A program made the position numbers and the translations under genes. DNA of 64,000 bases from Deltaproteobacteria bacterium. GTDB lineage: Bacteria; Myxococcota_A; UBA9160; SMWR01. Positions within the stretch are counted from its first letter, which is position 1; each line of letters opens with the position of its first letter. The notes under the pieces were generated by a model. That model saw only the letters and a list, made by a program, of their open reading frames with translations, had not been told where the DNA came from and did no database searches. Where the stretch lies: positions 64,001-128,000 of the forward strand of contig JAQBGU010000188.1 in NCBI GenBank assembly GCA_032128375.1, read 5' to 3'. Positions 9,146 through 19,786 of the stretch are shown piece after piece.

Positions 9146-11587
9146 ATGACACAGCTTCAATCCAGCTCATCGGTCGTCCGCGTGCCGTCCGGTGCGCCGA
9201 TCCGGGTCGATCTGTTGATGCTCGAGGCCGATTCCCAGCCGGCCCGTTCGCCGACGGTACGGATTTTCGTCGGCACGCAGATGGGCCATGTTCGCGCCGA
9301 GCGGGTGCTTTCGTGGTCGATCCGGCAGCAGCGCTCCTCAGACCGCAACTACGCGATCCATTGGATTCGAAGCCTCGGCGGACCAGACGAACTCGAGCGC
9401 GCGGCATTCTGGGTTCCCCAGTTGTGCAGCGGTCGCGGGCGAGCGCTCTATTGCACGGTTGATCAGGTATATCTATCCGATCCCGCTGAACTTTTTGATC
9501 TCCCGCTGAATGGACACGCACTGCTCGGCCCAGCCTCAGGTGATAGCTCCGCACTGCTGATCGACTGCGCGAAGCTTGCGTCGGTGTGGTCGGTCGAGCG
9601 TGTGCTCACGGCGAGCCACCACGACCTCGAGCAGCAGGCCAGAGACCTCGGCGGGTCACTTCCCGCTGCTTGGGACGCCGTTGCGGACCACTATTCGGTC
9701 GGACGGTCGAGACGCGTCCGATACGCGGCCCTCCACACCCAGCCTTGGAGGCCTTTTCCCGATCGCTGCGTTTACCAAAGGCATCCGAACGAAGACATCT
9801 GGAAAAAACTCGAGAGCGAAGCGAACAGCGCGGGATTTGAGGTGTTCTCGCGTTCTGCACCGAGTCGAGGGTTCGAGGTTTGCTTTCCATGCGGGCCGCC
9901 ATCGAATCTGGCATTGAAGGCGAAACCGGTGCCTACCCTGAGCGAACTGCTCGACGCAGCCGGGTCGGAGCTCGTCGCCCACGATGTCTGCATTCGCCAA
10001 TCGCTTGCACATCTGTCCAACAGGCGAGTATCGGTCTACACCCTCCACAGAGCTGATGAGTGGCGCCGCTACCTCGCCGAGCCGGTGGCAAACGACCCGA
10101 AGCTCACTGCGCGTTGGGGCGCCTCTGACACTCGGATCCTCGATCCGAACGATTCTGCTGCAAGTCCCGCAGCACGAGCGGATGCAGTGATCTGCGCAAA
10201 TACGCTGGATTTCGTGCCCAGCGAAGATCTTCCTTGGGTCCTTGGCGAGGTATTCCGAAGCGCTGAGTCTATGGTCCACTTGGGGATCCGACCGGCCGGG
10301 CGATCGTCTGGATTCCGCGCACGGCGCGGCCGTCCGGTGCGACGCACACAACCCTGGTGGATCGCACAGATCGAAACGGCAGCGAGCCGGCACCCCAGCG
10401 TTCATTGGCAGGCCGTCTTCGGCGCGGGAGCAGCCACCGAGGTACGCTGCGGCGGTCGTCATATCCGCAAGACCGCTCCGGCCGTGTGGGTTCTGAGTGA
10501 CGACCGGCCGGGAAATACGTCGCAATCCACCGGGCTCGCAAACGCGCTTGGCTGGCCATACACGGTCAAGACCCTGCGTTTCTCGCCGGCCGCGCGGTTG
10601 CACAACCGACTGCTCGGAGCGTCTCGGGTCGGCGTCGATCGGCGCCGGTCTAGCGCGTTGCTGCCGCCGTGGCCGGACTTGGTGATTGCCGCGGGTCGAC
10701 GTTCCGCTCCCGTCGCACAGTGGATTCGATTGCGAAACTTCGGACAGACTCGGCTTGTCCAACTCGGCCGAAAGGGCGGCGACGCGGCCGACCAGTTCGA
10801 TCTGGTCGTGACGCCATCTTATGGACGGCTCGATCCGCATCCACGACGGATGGTCACGAGCGCCCCGATCCACAATATCAACCCAGAGCGAATCCGGCGG
10901 GCAACGAATCGCTTCTCGGACCTTCACGCAAACGCCAAACGACCCCGCATCGTCGTCCTGGTCGGCGGCTGGTCGGGCCAGTACCAGCTCGACCTGCGCA
11001 GCGCGCGGAAACTCGGCGAGGATGTCGATCGGTTGGCCAACGAAGTCGACGGCTCGATTTTCGCGACCACGAGTCGCCGGGCGGGCGATCGCGGCAGCGA
11101 AGCGTTCTGCACCGCGTTGTCAAGCCCCGCCCACGTCTATCGCTGGTCGGCCGCTGGCGCAGAAGAGAATCCGTATCTGGCCTTTCTCGGCCTCGCCGAT
11201 GCGTTCGTTGCCACCGGAGATAGTGAATCGATGCTGTCTGAGGCAGCTTCTCTCGGACGCCCCGTGTATATCTACCCGCTTCCAGAGCGCGCATCGTATC
11301 GCTGGATGCGAATCGGGCGCGACTGGGTTTACGCTCGTGCACACGCTCGCAGAGGAGGGGTAGCGACCCAGCGTGGCCTGGAATACTGGTGCGCGCGATC
11401 GATCGACTGGGGCTTCGTGCGTCCAACCCGCGACCTGCGGGATCTACACGAGGGGCTGATTCGAGAAGGGGTCGCGCGACACTTCGGAGACTCGTTCGAC
11501 ACGAAACACTGCAAGCCATTCAACGCCGAGGGCAGGGTCGTGGAACGGGTCTGTGCGTTGGTCGGCTTCGGGGCAATCGTGAAGTGA
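9146..11587 (+). CDS. Tri-domain protein: GT-A-like glycosyltransferase + methyltransferase-like + ELM1/GtrOC1 domain
   Basis: N-terminal IFVGTQ..RAERVLSWSI...YCTVDQVYLSDPAELF...LHTQPW. Middle DAVICANTLDFVPSEDLPWVL. C-terminal VWVLSDDRPGNTSQ, PPWPDLVIAAGRR and NPYLAFLGLADAFVATGDSESMLSEA. Confidence 0.75.
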   Translation: MTQLQSSSSVVRVPSGAPIRVDLLMLEADSQPARSPTVRIFVGTQMGHVRAERVLSWSIRQQRSSDRNYAIHWIRSLGGPDELERAAFWVPQLCSGRGRALYCTVDQVYLSDPAELFDLPLNGHALLGPASGDSSALLIDCAKLASVWSVERVLTASHHDLEQQARDLGGSLPAAWDAVADHYSVGRSRRVRYAALHTQPWRPFPDRCVYQRHPNEDIWKKLESEANSAGFEVFSRSAPSRGFEVCFPCGPPSNLALKAKPVPTLSELLDAAGSELVAHDVCIRQSLAHLSNRRVSVYTLHRADEWRRYLAEPVANDPKLTARWGASDTRILDPNDSAASPAARADAVICANTLDFVPSEDLPWVLGEVFRSAESMVHLGIRPAGRSSGFRARRGRPVRRTQPWWIAQIETAASRHPSVHWQAVFGAGAATEVRCGGRHIRKTAPAVWVLSDDRPGNTSQSTGLANALGWPYTVKTLRFSPAARLHNRLLGASRVGVDRRRSSALLPPWPDLVIAAGRRSAPVAQWIRLRNFGQTRLVQLGRKGGDAADQFDLVVTPSYGRLDPHPRRMVTSAPIHNINPERIRRATNRFSDLHANAKRPRIVVLVGGWSGQYQLDLRSARKLGEDVDRLANEVDGSIFATTSRRAGDRGSEAFCTALSSPAHVYRWSAAGAEENPYLAFLGLADAFVATGDSESMLSEAASLGRPVYIYPLPERASYRWMRIGRDWVYARAHARRGGVATQRGLEYWCARSIDWGFVRPTRDLRDLHEGLIREGVARHFGDSFDTKHCKPFNAEGRVVERVCALVGFGAIVK

Positions 11588-13308
11588 GAGTCCTTTTCTA
11601 CTTCGGCTCCCGCTACCCGATCCAGAGCGTCGTGGTGCTGCTGTGCCTGCTGGTGGCCGGTGCGTTGGAGGGCATCGGGCTCTCCGCGCTGATCCCCGTC
11701 CTGACGCTGGTAACGGAGTCGGGCTCGGATTCGTCCGAAACCTCGCAACTGGGCGCCGCGGTGAGCCATGCCTTCGCTGAAATCAACGTCCAGCCCTCCT
11801 TGCAGGTGCTGATTCCTGGCTTGATTGTCGTATTCTGGCTCAAGGCGTTCGTGCTCCTCTACGCCAAGCGAAATGTCGGCTACACGGTGGCTCGCGTAGC
11901 CACGGACCTGCGGCTCGAGCTGCTGCGAGCCTTACTGACAGCGCGCTGGAGCCACTTTACGCGGTTGCGATCGGGCGTCGCAGCGAACGCTCTGGCGACG
12001 GAGGCAGACCGCTCCTCTCAGACCTACCACCACCTGGTTCAGGTTTGCGGCTACGCGATCGAAGCCGTGCTCTACGTCGGGCTGGCACTCGCGATCTCCT
12101 GGCAGGTGGCGGTCGGCGCGTTGGCCACGACGCTGTGTTCGCTGGGCGCCCTCGGAATTCTGGTTCGTCTCGCTGGACGGGCAGGACGCAAGCAGACGAA
12201 GTCGATGAAATCGCTTCTCTCACGAGTCACAGACAGTCTGCAGGCCGTCAAGCTGCTCAAGGCCACCGGGCGCGAGCCGCTGATCGGTCCGTTGCTGGAG
12301 AGTGACACCAGGAAGCTGAACATCGCCCTACGCCGACAGGTTTTCAGCAAGGAAGCGCTTCGCGCGCTGCAGGAACCCATCATGGTGACCGCCGGCTGCG
12401 GGGGCATCTACGCCGGCTTCACGCTGCTCGATCTGCCGATCGCCGAGGTGATCCTGCTCGCGGCCTTGTTCGCACGAACGATTGACAGCTCCAACAATAT
12501 GCAGCGCAAGTATCAAGCCATGGTTACGGAAACGAGCGCACTTTGGAGCATGCGCGAGCTGATCGATCGGGCCATCGCTGACGAAGAGCGCATGCCTGAG
12601 GGAATCACTCCGACTCTCGACAAGGGCATCGAACTTCGAGGGATCTGCGTTCGTTACGACCAGGCGAAGATCCTCGACCGATTCGACATGGTGATACCCT
12701 TCGGACTCCTCACGGCCATCGTTGGCGAATCTGGGGCTGGAAAGACCACGGCGGCAGACCTGGTAACCGGGCTCGTGCGACCCGATGCGGGCGAGGTACT
12801 CATCGATGGAGTGCGGTTGGACGATCTCGACCTGCGCCGCTGGCGACAGCTCATCGGATACGTCCCGCAGGAGACGCTGATGCTCCACGACAGCGTTGCG
12901 GCAAACGTCGGCCTGGGTGATCCCGAATTGACAAGGGAGCGCATCGAGAGCGCGTTGCGAGACGCGGGAGCCTGGGATTTCGTATCGGCACTGCCAAATG
13001 GGATTGATTCGCCAGTCGGAGAATTCGGGGCGCTGCTTTCGGGCGGGCAGCGTCAACGGATCGCAATCGCGCGCGCGCTCGTTCACGGTGCGAAGCTCTT
13101 GATTCTGGACGAGGCCACAGCTGCTTTGGATCGGGAAAGTGAGGCGGCGCTCTGGCAGGCGATCCGCCGGCTACGAGGCCGCACGACGGTGATCGCGATC
13201 TCCCACCAGCCCGCACTGGTGGGGCTCGCCGATCAGATCTATCGCCTGGAAAATGGTCGTGCCAGCATCACCACTGCCTTCGGCGAAGCAGAACGCGCCG
13301 CCTCGTAA
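11584..13308 (+). CDS. ABC exporter, fused permease/ATPase (MsbA-like)
   Basis: N-terminal TM domain, Walker A GESGAGKT, LSGGQRQR and ILDEAT. GTG start overlaps the upstream stop (GTGA). Confidence 0.9.
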   Translation: MRVLFYFGSRYPIQSVVVLLCLLVAGALEGIGLSALIPVLTLVTESGSDSSETSQLGAAVSHAFAEINVQPSLQVLIPGLIVVFWLKAFVLLYAKRNVGYTVARVATDLRLELLRALLTARWSHFTRLRSGVAANALATEADRSSQTYHHLVQVCGYAIEAVLYVGLALAISWQVAVGALATTLCSLGALGILVRLAGRAGRKQTKSMKSLLSRVTDSLQAVKLLKATGREPLIGPLLESDTRKLNIALRRQVFSKEALRALQEPIMVTAGCGGIYAGFTLLDLPIAEVILLAALFARTIDSSNNMQRKYQAMVTETSALWSMRELIDRAIADEERMPEGITPTLDKGIELRGICVRYDQAKILDRFDMVIPFGLLTAIVGESGAGKTTAADLVTGLVRPDAGEVLIDGVRLDDLDLRRWRQLIGYVPQETLMLHDSVAANVGLGDPELTRERIESALRDAGAWDFVSALPNGIDSPVGEFGALLSGGQRQRIAIARALVHGAKLLILDEATAALDRESEAALWQAIRRLRGRTTVIAISHQPALVGLADQIYRLENGRASITTAFGEAERAAS

Positions 13309-13403
13309 CGCGACGGCCGTTGCACCGGCTCGGCGGTTGGCTACTCGAGTCCATGTGCCGATGAACCTGACCCAGCTCGGTCAAACGCAGAACGCGCGAC
13401 GGT

Positions 13404-14309
13404 CTAGCCTCGTTTGATATTGGCAGCGCGATGAGATTCGAACAGCGAAGCATCGATCAATTTTTCCGAGCCCTTCAGGAACGCGCGCTTGGTCCAATGC
13501 GCCAGGAAGTGCAGCTCGATGAAGGGCATTTCGGGTCTCAGCTCGAGATTGGCGTGCGACGCCAAACCGTCGAGGATGCGTTCGCGTTCAGCGGGGAACG
13601 CGCGAAGTATCGACTTGGCAATCCCACCGCCGATCAGCCGGTTGGGATACAAGTCTTCTACATCGATCGCCACCAGCCGATCATGTTCCGAAAGGATGAA
13701 GTTTTTCGGCAGCGGGTCCAAGAAGTCGTAGCCGACCCAGACCTCGTTCGGGGTGATCCGGTTCAAACTGGCGGTGAGTTCCCGGCGCAGCTCGGTCGAC
13801 AGAATCGAAACGTCGACCAGGAAGTCGAGATTCTCGCGAAGTTCGCGTTCGAAGTCGGTTTCGGAGAGCTTTACACGCCGGCGATCCACGTTGTAAATGA
13901 CCGAGAAAAATCCGATGAACCGATCGACGCATGAGCCGTCGATCGGCTCGGGCAGTTCCTCTCCCGCCACGAACTCCAGAAGTAACTCATTGTCTTCCAT
14001 GGCGATCAGAGTCGGGAACAAACCGGAATCGCGAAACGGCAACAGGTTTCGCGCTACAGCAGACGCGACATGAGAGTCCGGCAAACTGATTCGCTTGTAG
14101 GGGTGGCCACCGAGTTGGACCACACGCGCGTGCTTGACCCGAACGAATCGATTGAAGACGAATCGACGCAGAAGCACGCCTGCGCGTCTATACAGGGTGT
14201 ACAGCGATCGCTGTGAAAATCGCGGGATCCGTTGCATGGACGAGCGAACTCCTCGGCGACCGTGAGATGAATTGTAGGGGACGGGCAACTCATCTCGGAG
14301 CAGATGCAT
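13404..14309 (-). CDS. Kinase-like protein (APH/LPS-kinase fold, tentative; start may be 14237)
   Basis: YKRI...FPTLIA...LLLEFVAGE, a catalytic-loop-like DFLDPLPKNFIL and a DFG-like LVAIDVE. Confidence 0.5.
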   Translation of the reverse strand: MHLLRDELPVPYNSSHGRRGVRSSMQRIPRFSQRSLYTLYRRAGVLLRRFVFNRFVRVKHARVVQLGGHPYKRISLPDSHVASAVARNLLPFRDSGLFPTLIAMEDNELLLEFVAGEELPEPIDGSCVDRFIGFFSVIYNVDRRRVKLSETDFERELRENLDFLVDVSILSTELRRELTASLNRITPNEVWVGYDFLDPLPKNFILSEHDRLVAIDVEDLYPNRLIGGGIAKSILRAFPAERERILDGLASHANLELRPEMPFIELHFLAHWTKRAFLKGSEKLIDASLFESHRAANIKRG

Positions 14310-14421
14310 GATACGACGCGATCAATCCGGGCGCCCGCTGGTTCGAGGCGGATCTGGCAGCCTTCACTGATTAACTGGACACGCGACCGAGAAACCGTAG
14401 ACTGCGGTCGCAGGAAACCGA

Positions 14422-16335
14422 ATGGCTCTGCAACTACGCACGTTTAGCAACATCGCCGGTGGCACTACGCTGTTCAAGGCGCTCGGCCACCCGGCAGTCG
14501 CGCCGCGCGCGCGCCGGCTCGTCGAGACGCTGTCGAAGAGCGGCCGGATTGCCGTCTACGACCCGGACGCTGTAGTGGCGGAGTTCGCGCAGCTCTACGA
14601 TCTCGGATCGTGGCAGATCACCGGCAGCTACGTTCAGCAAGCGGACCAGTTCGGAAAAAAGAAGATACTGGGCTTGCTTGCCGAGCCCATCACTGACCTG
14701 CCGCTGTCGAATGCCGACGTGCTGTTCATCGCGGCATTCGATGCCGACCCGCACCTGGTAGCGATCCGCCAGCTCGTGGCGCCGGGGATGCTGATCGTCA
14801 CGCTCGATGATCTGCGGATTGCCGACGGGATGCTATCGCGGACCGATCACTACTTGGACCCACTCAATTTCGCGAGCAATTTTGCGTTCTTTCGGGACTG
14901 CGATGGGCACCACACGCGGCTCGGGACCGTCAACTACTGGATGGGGTACGGGGCGGACCACGTATCGCTGTGGCTTTGTCTACTCGACGAATCCGGTATC
15001 GAGCTGGCGCAGTGGCTCGAACCGCTAGTGGACTCGGTTTCGACCATCGTCATCGACAGCCAGATGGTGCGGGAGCGCTTCGGCCTGCCGGGCTTCACCG
15101 GATCGCTGTTCATGCACGCAATCGGCGCTAGAGCACACGATGTCGTGAAGTACGCACTCGATCTGTACGGCGACAGCGACGAAGTGCTGTCGTGCACGCA
15201 CGATGCGAACGCATGGCCCGCGGAGAAGTACGCGGGATTGCCCGCGCCGCGCGAAGGCGAGCGCGTGCTGCTGTGGGTGCAGAACAGCCACCCCACACCG
15301 ATCCCGGCCGGCGCAATCGAACTTCGCGCCATGGGTTCAGAGCACCCAGTGAGCTTCGATGAGGTCATTCCTCCGTTCGGCACGAGCGCGATCGACGTGG
15401 GCAAGCTGCTCCCGCGGCTTCGCTGGCCAGCACAGATCGAAATTGAGGCCGGCAATCATTTCGTGCGCCCGCGCTATGAGGTCGTCCGGTCCGATGGGGT
15501 GCGCTGGATCGCACATGCCAATGTGGAGCGAACGGATCTCTCACCCGATCCAGCCATTGGGAAATTGGGACCCGCGTTCGGTAAGGGCTTCATTCTGCCG
15601 GCGCCGGTGCTTCCGGTATCGGACTATCGAACCATCCTCCTGCCGACACCGATGGCCACCGAGCAGCAAGAACTGGCCGTTCAGGTCACCGTATACGACG
15701 CGCTTGGCCAAGTCTGCGCACGCCGACCGCTCGGTCGTATCGCCCGAGCGGATTCGCGGGTCGTGGAGATCGACTCACTCATGACCGACTGCCGCGAAGC
15801 GTTGGGTACGGGCTACGGCCACTTCGAACTCGCCTACGATCTATCCGACGGCGGCGAAGCGGACGGGTGGCTGCACGCGCTGTTCCGATACGAGAAACGC
15901 GATGGCTCCCATGGCGCCGATACCAGCTTCGGCGCGCACATGTACAACCTACCGGTGGTATTCCGAAACGAACCACAATCCTATACCGGCCCGGCGCCCG
16001 GCTTGAGCACCCGGCTGTTGCTGCGGCTCGGTTTCGGTGGACGCGAGACCTTCTGCCATTTGATCTACCCCGCGTCGGGCTCCTGGCTCGATTACTCGTC
16101 GACGCGGCTCATGCTGTTCGACTCGGTTGGCAAGACGGTCGCAGAAAGAACCGTTCGAATTCCGATCAGCGGGTCGCTGCTGTGGCGATATGAGGAGATG
16201 TTCGACGCAGGCGAGCGCTCGGCAGCGCGCGATGGCTATCTGATCGTCAGAGACTCCACGTGTCGCCTGTTCGGGTTTCACGGGCTGGCTTCGCAAAGCG
16301 GCGCATTCAGCTTCGACCACATGTTCGGATACTGA
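14422..16335 (+). CDS. Hypothetical protein, 637 aa
   Basis: Long ORF with an SD-like AGGA upstream. Motif-rich (HDVVKYALD, CTHDANAWP, WVQNSHP, HANVER, FDHMFGY), function not recognised. Confidence 0.8.
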   Translation: MALQLRTFSNIAGGTTLFKALGHPAVAPRARRLVETLSKSGRIAVYDPDAVVAEFAQLYDLGSWQITGSYVQQADQFGKKKILGLLAEPITDLPLSNADVLFIAAFDADPHLVAIRQLVAPGMLIVTLDDLRIADGMLSRTDHYLDPLNFASNFAFFRDCDGHHTRLGTVNYWMGYGADHVSLWLCLLDESGIELAQWLEPLVDSVSTIVIDSQMVRERFGLPGFTGSLFMHAIGARAHDVVKYALDLYGDSDEVLSCTHDANAWPAEKYAGLPAPREGERVLLWVQNSHPTPIPAGAIELRAMGSEHPVSFDEVIPPFGTSAIDVGKLLPRLRWPAQIEIEAGNHFVRPRYEVVRSDGVRWIAHANVERTDLSPDPAIGKLGPAFGKGFILPAPVLPVSDYRTILLPTPMATEQQELAVQVTVYDALGQVCARRPLGRIARADSRVVEIDSLMTDCREALGTGYGHFELAYDLSDGGEADGWLHALFRYEKRDGSHGADTSFGAHMYNLPVVFRNEPQSYTGPAPGLSTRLLLRLGFGGRETFCHLIYPASGSWLDYSSTRLMLFDSVGKTVAERTVRIPISGSLLWRYEEMFDAGERSAARDGYLIVRDSTCRLFGFHGLASQSGAFSFDHMFGY

Positions 16336-16430
16336 ACGCGCAAACGCCAAATCACGACACAACGAATCTCACTGTTACTGTCGAGGAGCCGCTTGTTGGT
16401 TTCTCGTTCCTTCGCACGGATGGATCGCCG

Positions 16431-17231
16431 ATGGATACCTACCTGGCACTCGTGCTCGCAGGGCGACGCGGCACGTCAGACCCACTCGACGGACTGCAAG
16501 CGGGAATCCATCCCGCGCTCATCGACGTCGGCGGCGTCCCGATGCTCGTGCGGGTGGTGCGCTCGCTGCGGGAATCCGACCGAATCGGGCGCATCGCGAT
16601 CAGCATGGACGCGACGCTGGCACTCGACAACGCGGAGCTCGGCGCAGATGGTCGGCTTCTCTACCACCGAAGTCTCGATTCGCCGAGCCGCAGTGTGCAG
16701 GACGCGCTTTGGGGGCTTGCAACCGGTGCCCCGGTGCTCGTCACCACGGCGGACCACGCCTTGCTGACACCGGAGATCATCGCGTATTTCCTGGACCGGG
16801 CCGATGCGTCGGGTACGGACCTCGCTGTGGGTGTCGTCGAAGAATCCGTGATTCGCGCTGCGTATCCGGAGACGACTCGAACCTACCTGCGCTTTCGCGA
16901 AGGCGGTTACTCGGGAGCCAACCTGTTCGCGTTTCGCACGCCGTCGGCGTCAAGAGCCGCCGAGTTCTGGGTGAAAGCGGAACAGTTTCGCAAACGCCCC
17001 TGGCGCCTGGCCAGCGTGTTTGGACCCATCTCGCTGCTGCTGTTCGTGCTGCGGCGCCTGAGTTTCGACGCGGCGCTCAGCCGCGGGTCGGCCGCGATTG
17101 GCTGCCGCGTCGATGCCGTGAAGCTGCCGTTCGCCGAAGCGGCCATCGATGTGGACCGGCCCTCCGACCTCGCGTTGGTTTCGAAGATCCTCGATGCGCG
17201 TAGCCAGAAGTCGCTGGTCGGGGGCCCGTAA
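16431..17231 (+). CDS. MobA-like NTP transferase
   Basis: ALVLAGRRG, ALIDVGGVPML.RV, VLVTTADHALL, YSGANLF and AIDVDRPSDL. Confidence 0.85.
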   Translation: MDTYLALVLAGRRGTSDPLDGLQAGIHPALIDVGGVPMLVRVVRSLRESDRIGRIAISMDATLALDNAELGADGRLLYHRSLDSPSRSVQDALWGLATGAPVLVTTADHALLTPEIIAYFLDRADASGTDLAVGVVEESVIRAAYPETTRTYLRFREGGYSGANLFAFRTPSASRAAEFWVKAEQFRKRPWRLASVFGPISLLLFVLRRLSFDAALSRGSAAIGCRVDAVKLPFAEAAIDVDRPSDLALVSKILDARSQKSLVGGP

Positions 17232-17301
17232 GCGATGTCTTCGATCGCGGCGTCGGTGGGCGGACCAATCGCCGTCGCAAGCTTCCTGTGGGCTCTTGCA
17301 C

Positions 17302-18255
17302 CTATTGCCTGGCGCGCATGGCGCCGCGAAGCTCGCTTTCGCCTTCGGGTATGAAACGCCTGTTGTCCGGGTCGTACCCGCGCGTTCGCAGCGAAATGCG
17401 AAACCGCGCAGGTCCGTCGATCCGCTCGATATCGTAGATGTGATACTGAGCGCGCTTGTGGGGTTTGTGGCCATAGTCCGACGCCGAGCGCACACCGACG
17501 ACCGGGATCGGGAGGTTTGGACCCGGGATCTTTGTGACCAACGTGCGGTGATTGTGGCCGTGGACCACGATCTCGGCCCCGACTCTGGCCAATGCCGTCC
17601 GCAACTCGAACGCGTCGGTCAGCGATCGACGTTTGACTGTCGAATGGTCGGTGACCGGATGATGGATCGAGACCAAGCGGCACAGGTCCGTATCAGCGAG
17701 ACGCTCGAGCAACTGCTCGAGCCTGTCGAGCTGCGCTGGCCCGACGGTACCGGTCGCTTCCAGGCTTGCGGTCGGGAGAGCCGAACAGACCCCGACCACG
17801 GCAACTGGACCGCGCACACGCAGAGTGGGAAAGGCATCGCGGGGATCCAGAAGTGCTGCGGCCTGCGGGATGTGGCACGCAGGATCGCTGTCGGAGCTGA
17901 TGTAATCTGACCACAGATCCCATGATACCCCTTGGGGGACGACCACATACGCGTCGTGATTTCCTGGAACGAGCGACACCTCATCCGGAGTTCCAATTCG
18001 CTCTAGCCACTGCCTTGCGACCGGAAACTCACTTTCGAGCGAGATATTCACCAGATCACCGGTTACGACGACGTGATCGGGCGCGGTGACCGCGATGTCG
18101 TCGATCAGCGCCTCGAGTACCGCGTCAAGATGAATCTTGCGGCGTCGAACTTGCCACGACAACCATCCAAAGAAGCGCTTGTTGAGCAACTCGGAAATGT
18201 CGCGGACCCGTACCGGGGTCGTGTGGAGATCCGACAAATGTCCAACCGAAAACAT
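17302..18255 (-). CDS. Calcineurin-like metallophosphoesterase
   Basis: HLSDLH, VTGDLVN, VPGNHD, IHHP and VHGHNH. Start taken at ATG 18255. Confidence 0.9.
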   Translation of the reverse strand: MFSVGHLSDLHTTPVRVRDISELLNKRFFGWLSWQVRRRKIHLDAVLEALIDDIAVTAPDHVVVTGDLVNISLESEFPVARQWLERIGTPDEVSLVPGNHDAYVVVPQGVSWDLWSDYISSDSDPACHIPQAAALLDPRDAFPTLRVRGPVAVVGVCSALPTASLEATGTVGPAQLDRLEQLLERLADTDLCRLVSIHHPVTDHSTVKRRSLTDAFELRTALARVGAEIVVHGHNHRTLVTKIPGPNLPIPVVGVRSASDYGHKPHKRAQYHIYDIERIDGPARFRISLRTRGYDPDNRRFIPEGESELRGAMRARQ

Positions 18256-18526
18256 TGCTTTTTCACCCCAATTCCAAGATCGACTCAACGCTAACTCAGC
18301 TTCTGCCGCTGTGATACTGTCGCCGGTCGTCTGGGTCCCGCCCCCGAACTGCAGGGATGCCACTCTGAGATCGACGATCAGCAGGATCATCGAAGGAGTC
18401 GCTCGCTCGACGCGTCCGTTCGCAAACATTGCCGGGTAATCGTTGTAGTCCGTCATTTTCTTCAATCGGCGTCGCCGAAAGGCTGACTCTCACGCATAGC
18501 TTGGTGCGACGTGCAGATGGGGTGAC

Positions 18527-19786
18527 ATGCAGAACTCAAGCACACCGAATGCCCCCGACGCGTGGATCATCGAAGTGGAAGACCCGGCCGATGTGCGCGT
18601 TTGGGGGCTCGCGCCACCACAACGCCAGCACCGACTACTGGAACGCGCCGGTTGTGGATCCATTCGGGTGCTGTCACCCGGCGAGCCAATGCCGAACCCG
18701 CTCGAATGCGACACCGTAATGATTGCGCGCGCCGATGCCATCTTGGATGAGCGTCTGATCGCAGGCATATTTGCGGCGACCGACAGCGTGCTCGTCGCGC
18801 CGAGGCGCAACGGCTGGGGAGGTCCCGTTCTCGCGCACGTCGGCAACGATCAAGCGGCCGACGTACTCCAAATGATGCGGGGCGCGGCGGCCGGCCAGAT
18901 CGATTTCGACGATTCGGTGCTGGCCGACGGGCACGCGCTGCGGCTCGTCGGCCCCGCCGACGTGGCCTCGTCATACACCGTCAAGCTGCGCAAGTACGAC
19001 CCGCCGTTTATCTATCCCGCTGATGCCGAAGCTGTTCGAGCCGTCGAAGAACGGCTGTTTGCGTCGTCGTACAAGGGAGTGACAGACCTCATCACGAAAT
19101 GGCTTTGGCCGACCCCCGCGGCAGCTGTAGTCCGTGTATTGGCCAACGCCGGGGTGAAGCCCAACACCGTGACCGGGTTGGGCTGGTTGCTGACGATCGC
19201 TGCCGGCGTGTTGTTTTGGAAAGGCTGGTTCGGTCTGGGCCTGCTGTGCGGTTGGGCAATGACGTTCTTGGATACCGTCGACGGCAAGCTCGCGCGATTG
19301 ACCATGACTTCCAGCACGATCGGTCACATCCTGGATCACGGCCTCGACAATGTGCATCCGCCCATCTGGTACCTGCTGTGGGGCCTGGGCTTGCATGCGG
19401 GCGGCTACGTCACGTCCCCGTCGCTGTACACCACCACTCTCATCGTCGTGGTCGGCTACCTGGTGGGTCGGGCGCTCGAGGCGGCCTTCATGCTGATGTT
19501 CAAGATCGAGACGCATTGCTGGCGACCGATCGACTCGCTGTTTCGGACGATCACCGCGCGCCGAAACCCGAACCTGATCCTATTGTCGGTCGCAACGCTT
19601 GGCGGTCGGCCTGACCTGGGACTCGTCATGGTGGCGATCTGGACTCTTGTGAGTATTGGCTTCCACCTCGAACGCGTCGTCCAGGCGCTCATGGAACGTT
19701 CGCGGGGGGGCGAGATTTTCCGCTGGGACGAAGCGCCCATCGCGGAGGCCATGGGCCCGGCGGCCCAGCTGGGCGCGGCCCGTTGA
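18527..19786 (+). CDS. CDP-alcohol phosphatidyltransferase with soluble N-terminal domain (CpgA-like)
   Basis: Signature PNTVT...FLDTVDGKLARLT..SS.IGHILDHGLD, plus YKGVTDLITKWLWP and ITARRNPN. Confidence 0.88.
   Translation: MQNSSTPNAPDAWIIEVEDPADVRVWGLAPPQRQHRLLERAGCGSIRVLSPGEPMPNPLECDTVMIARADAILDERLIAGIFAATDSVLVAPRRNGWGGPVLAHVGNDQAADVLQMMRGAAAGQIDFDDSVLADGHALRLVGPADVASSYTVKLRKYDPPFIYPADAEAVRAVEERLFASSYKGVTDLITKWLWPTPAAAVVRVLANAGVKPNTVTGLGWLLTIAAGVLFWKGWFGLGLLCGWAMTFLDTVDGKLARLTMTSSTIGHILDHGLDNVHPPIWYLLWGLGLHAGGYVTSPSLYTTTLIVVVGYLVGRALEAAFMLMFKIETHCWRPIDSLFRTITARRNPNLILLSVATLGGRPDLGLVMVAIWTLVSIGFHLERVVQALMERSRGGEIFRWDEAPIAEAMGPAAQLGAAR

Noticed and set aside
18256..18465. 70-aa N-terminal extension of the metallophosphoesterase
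   Set aside because: Family homology starts at MFSVGHLSDLH. The extension covers the divergent promoter region.
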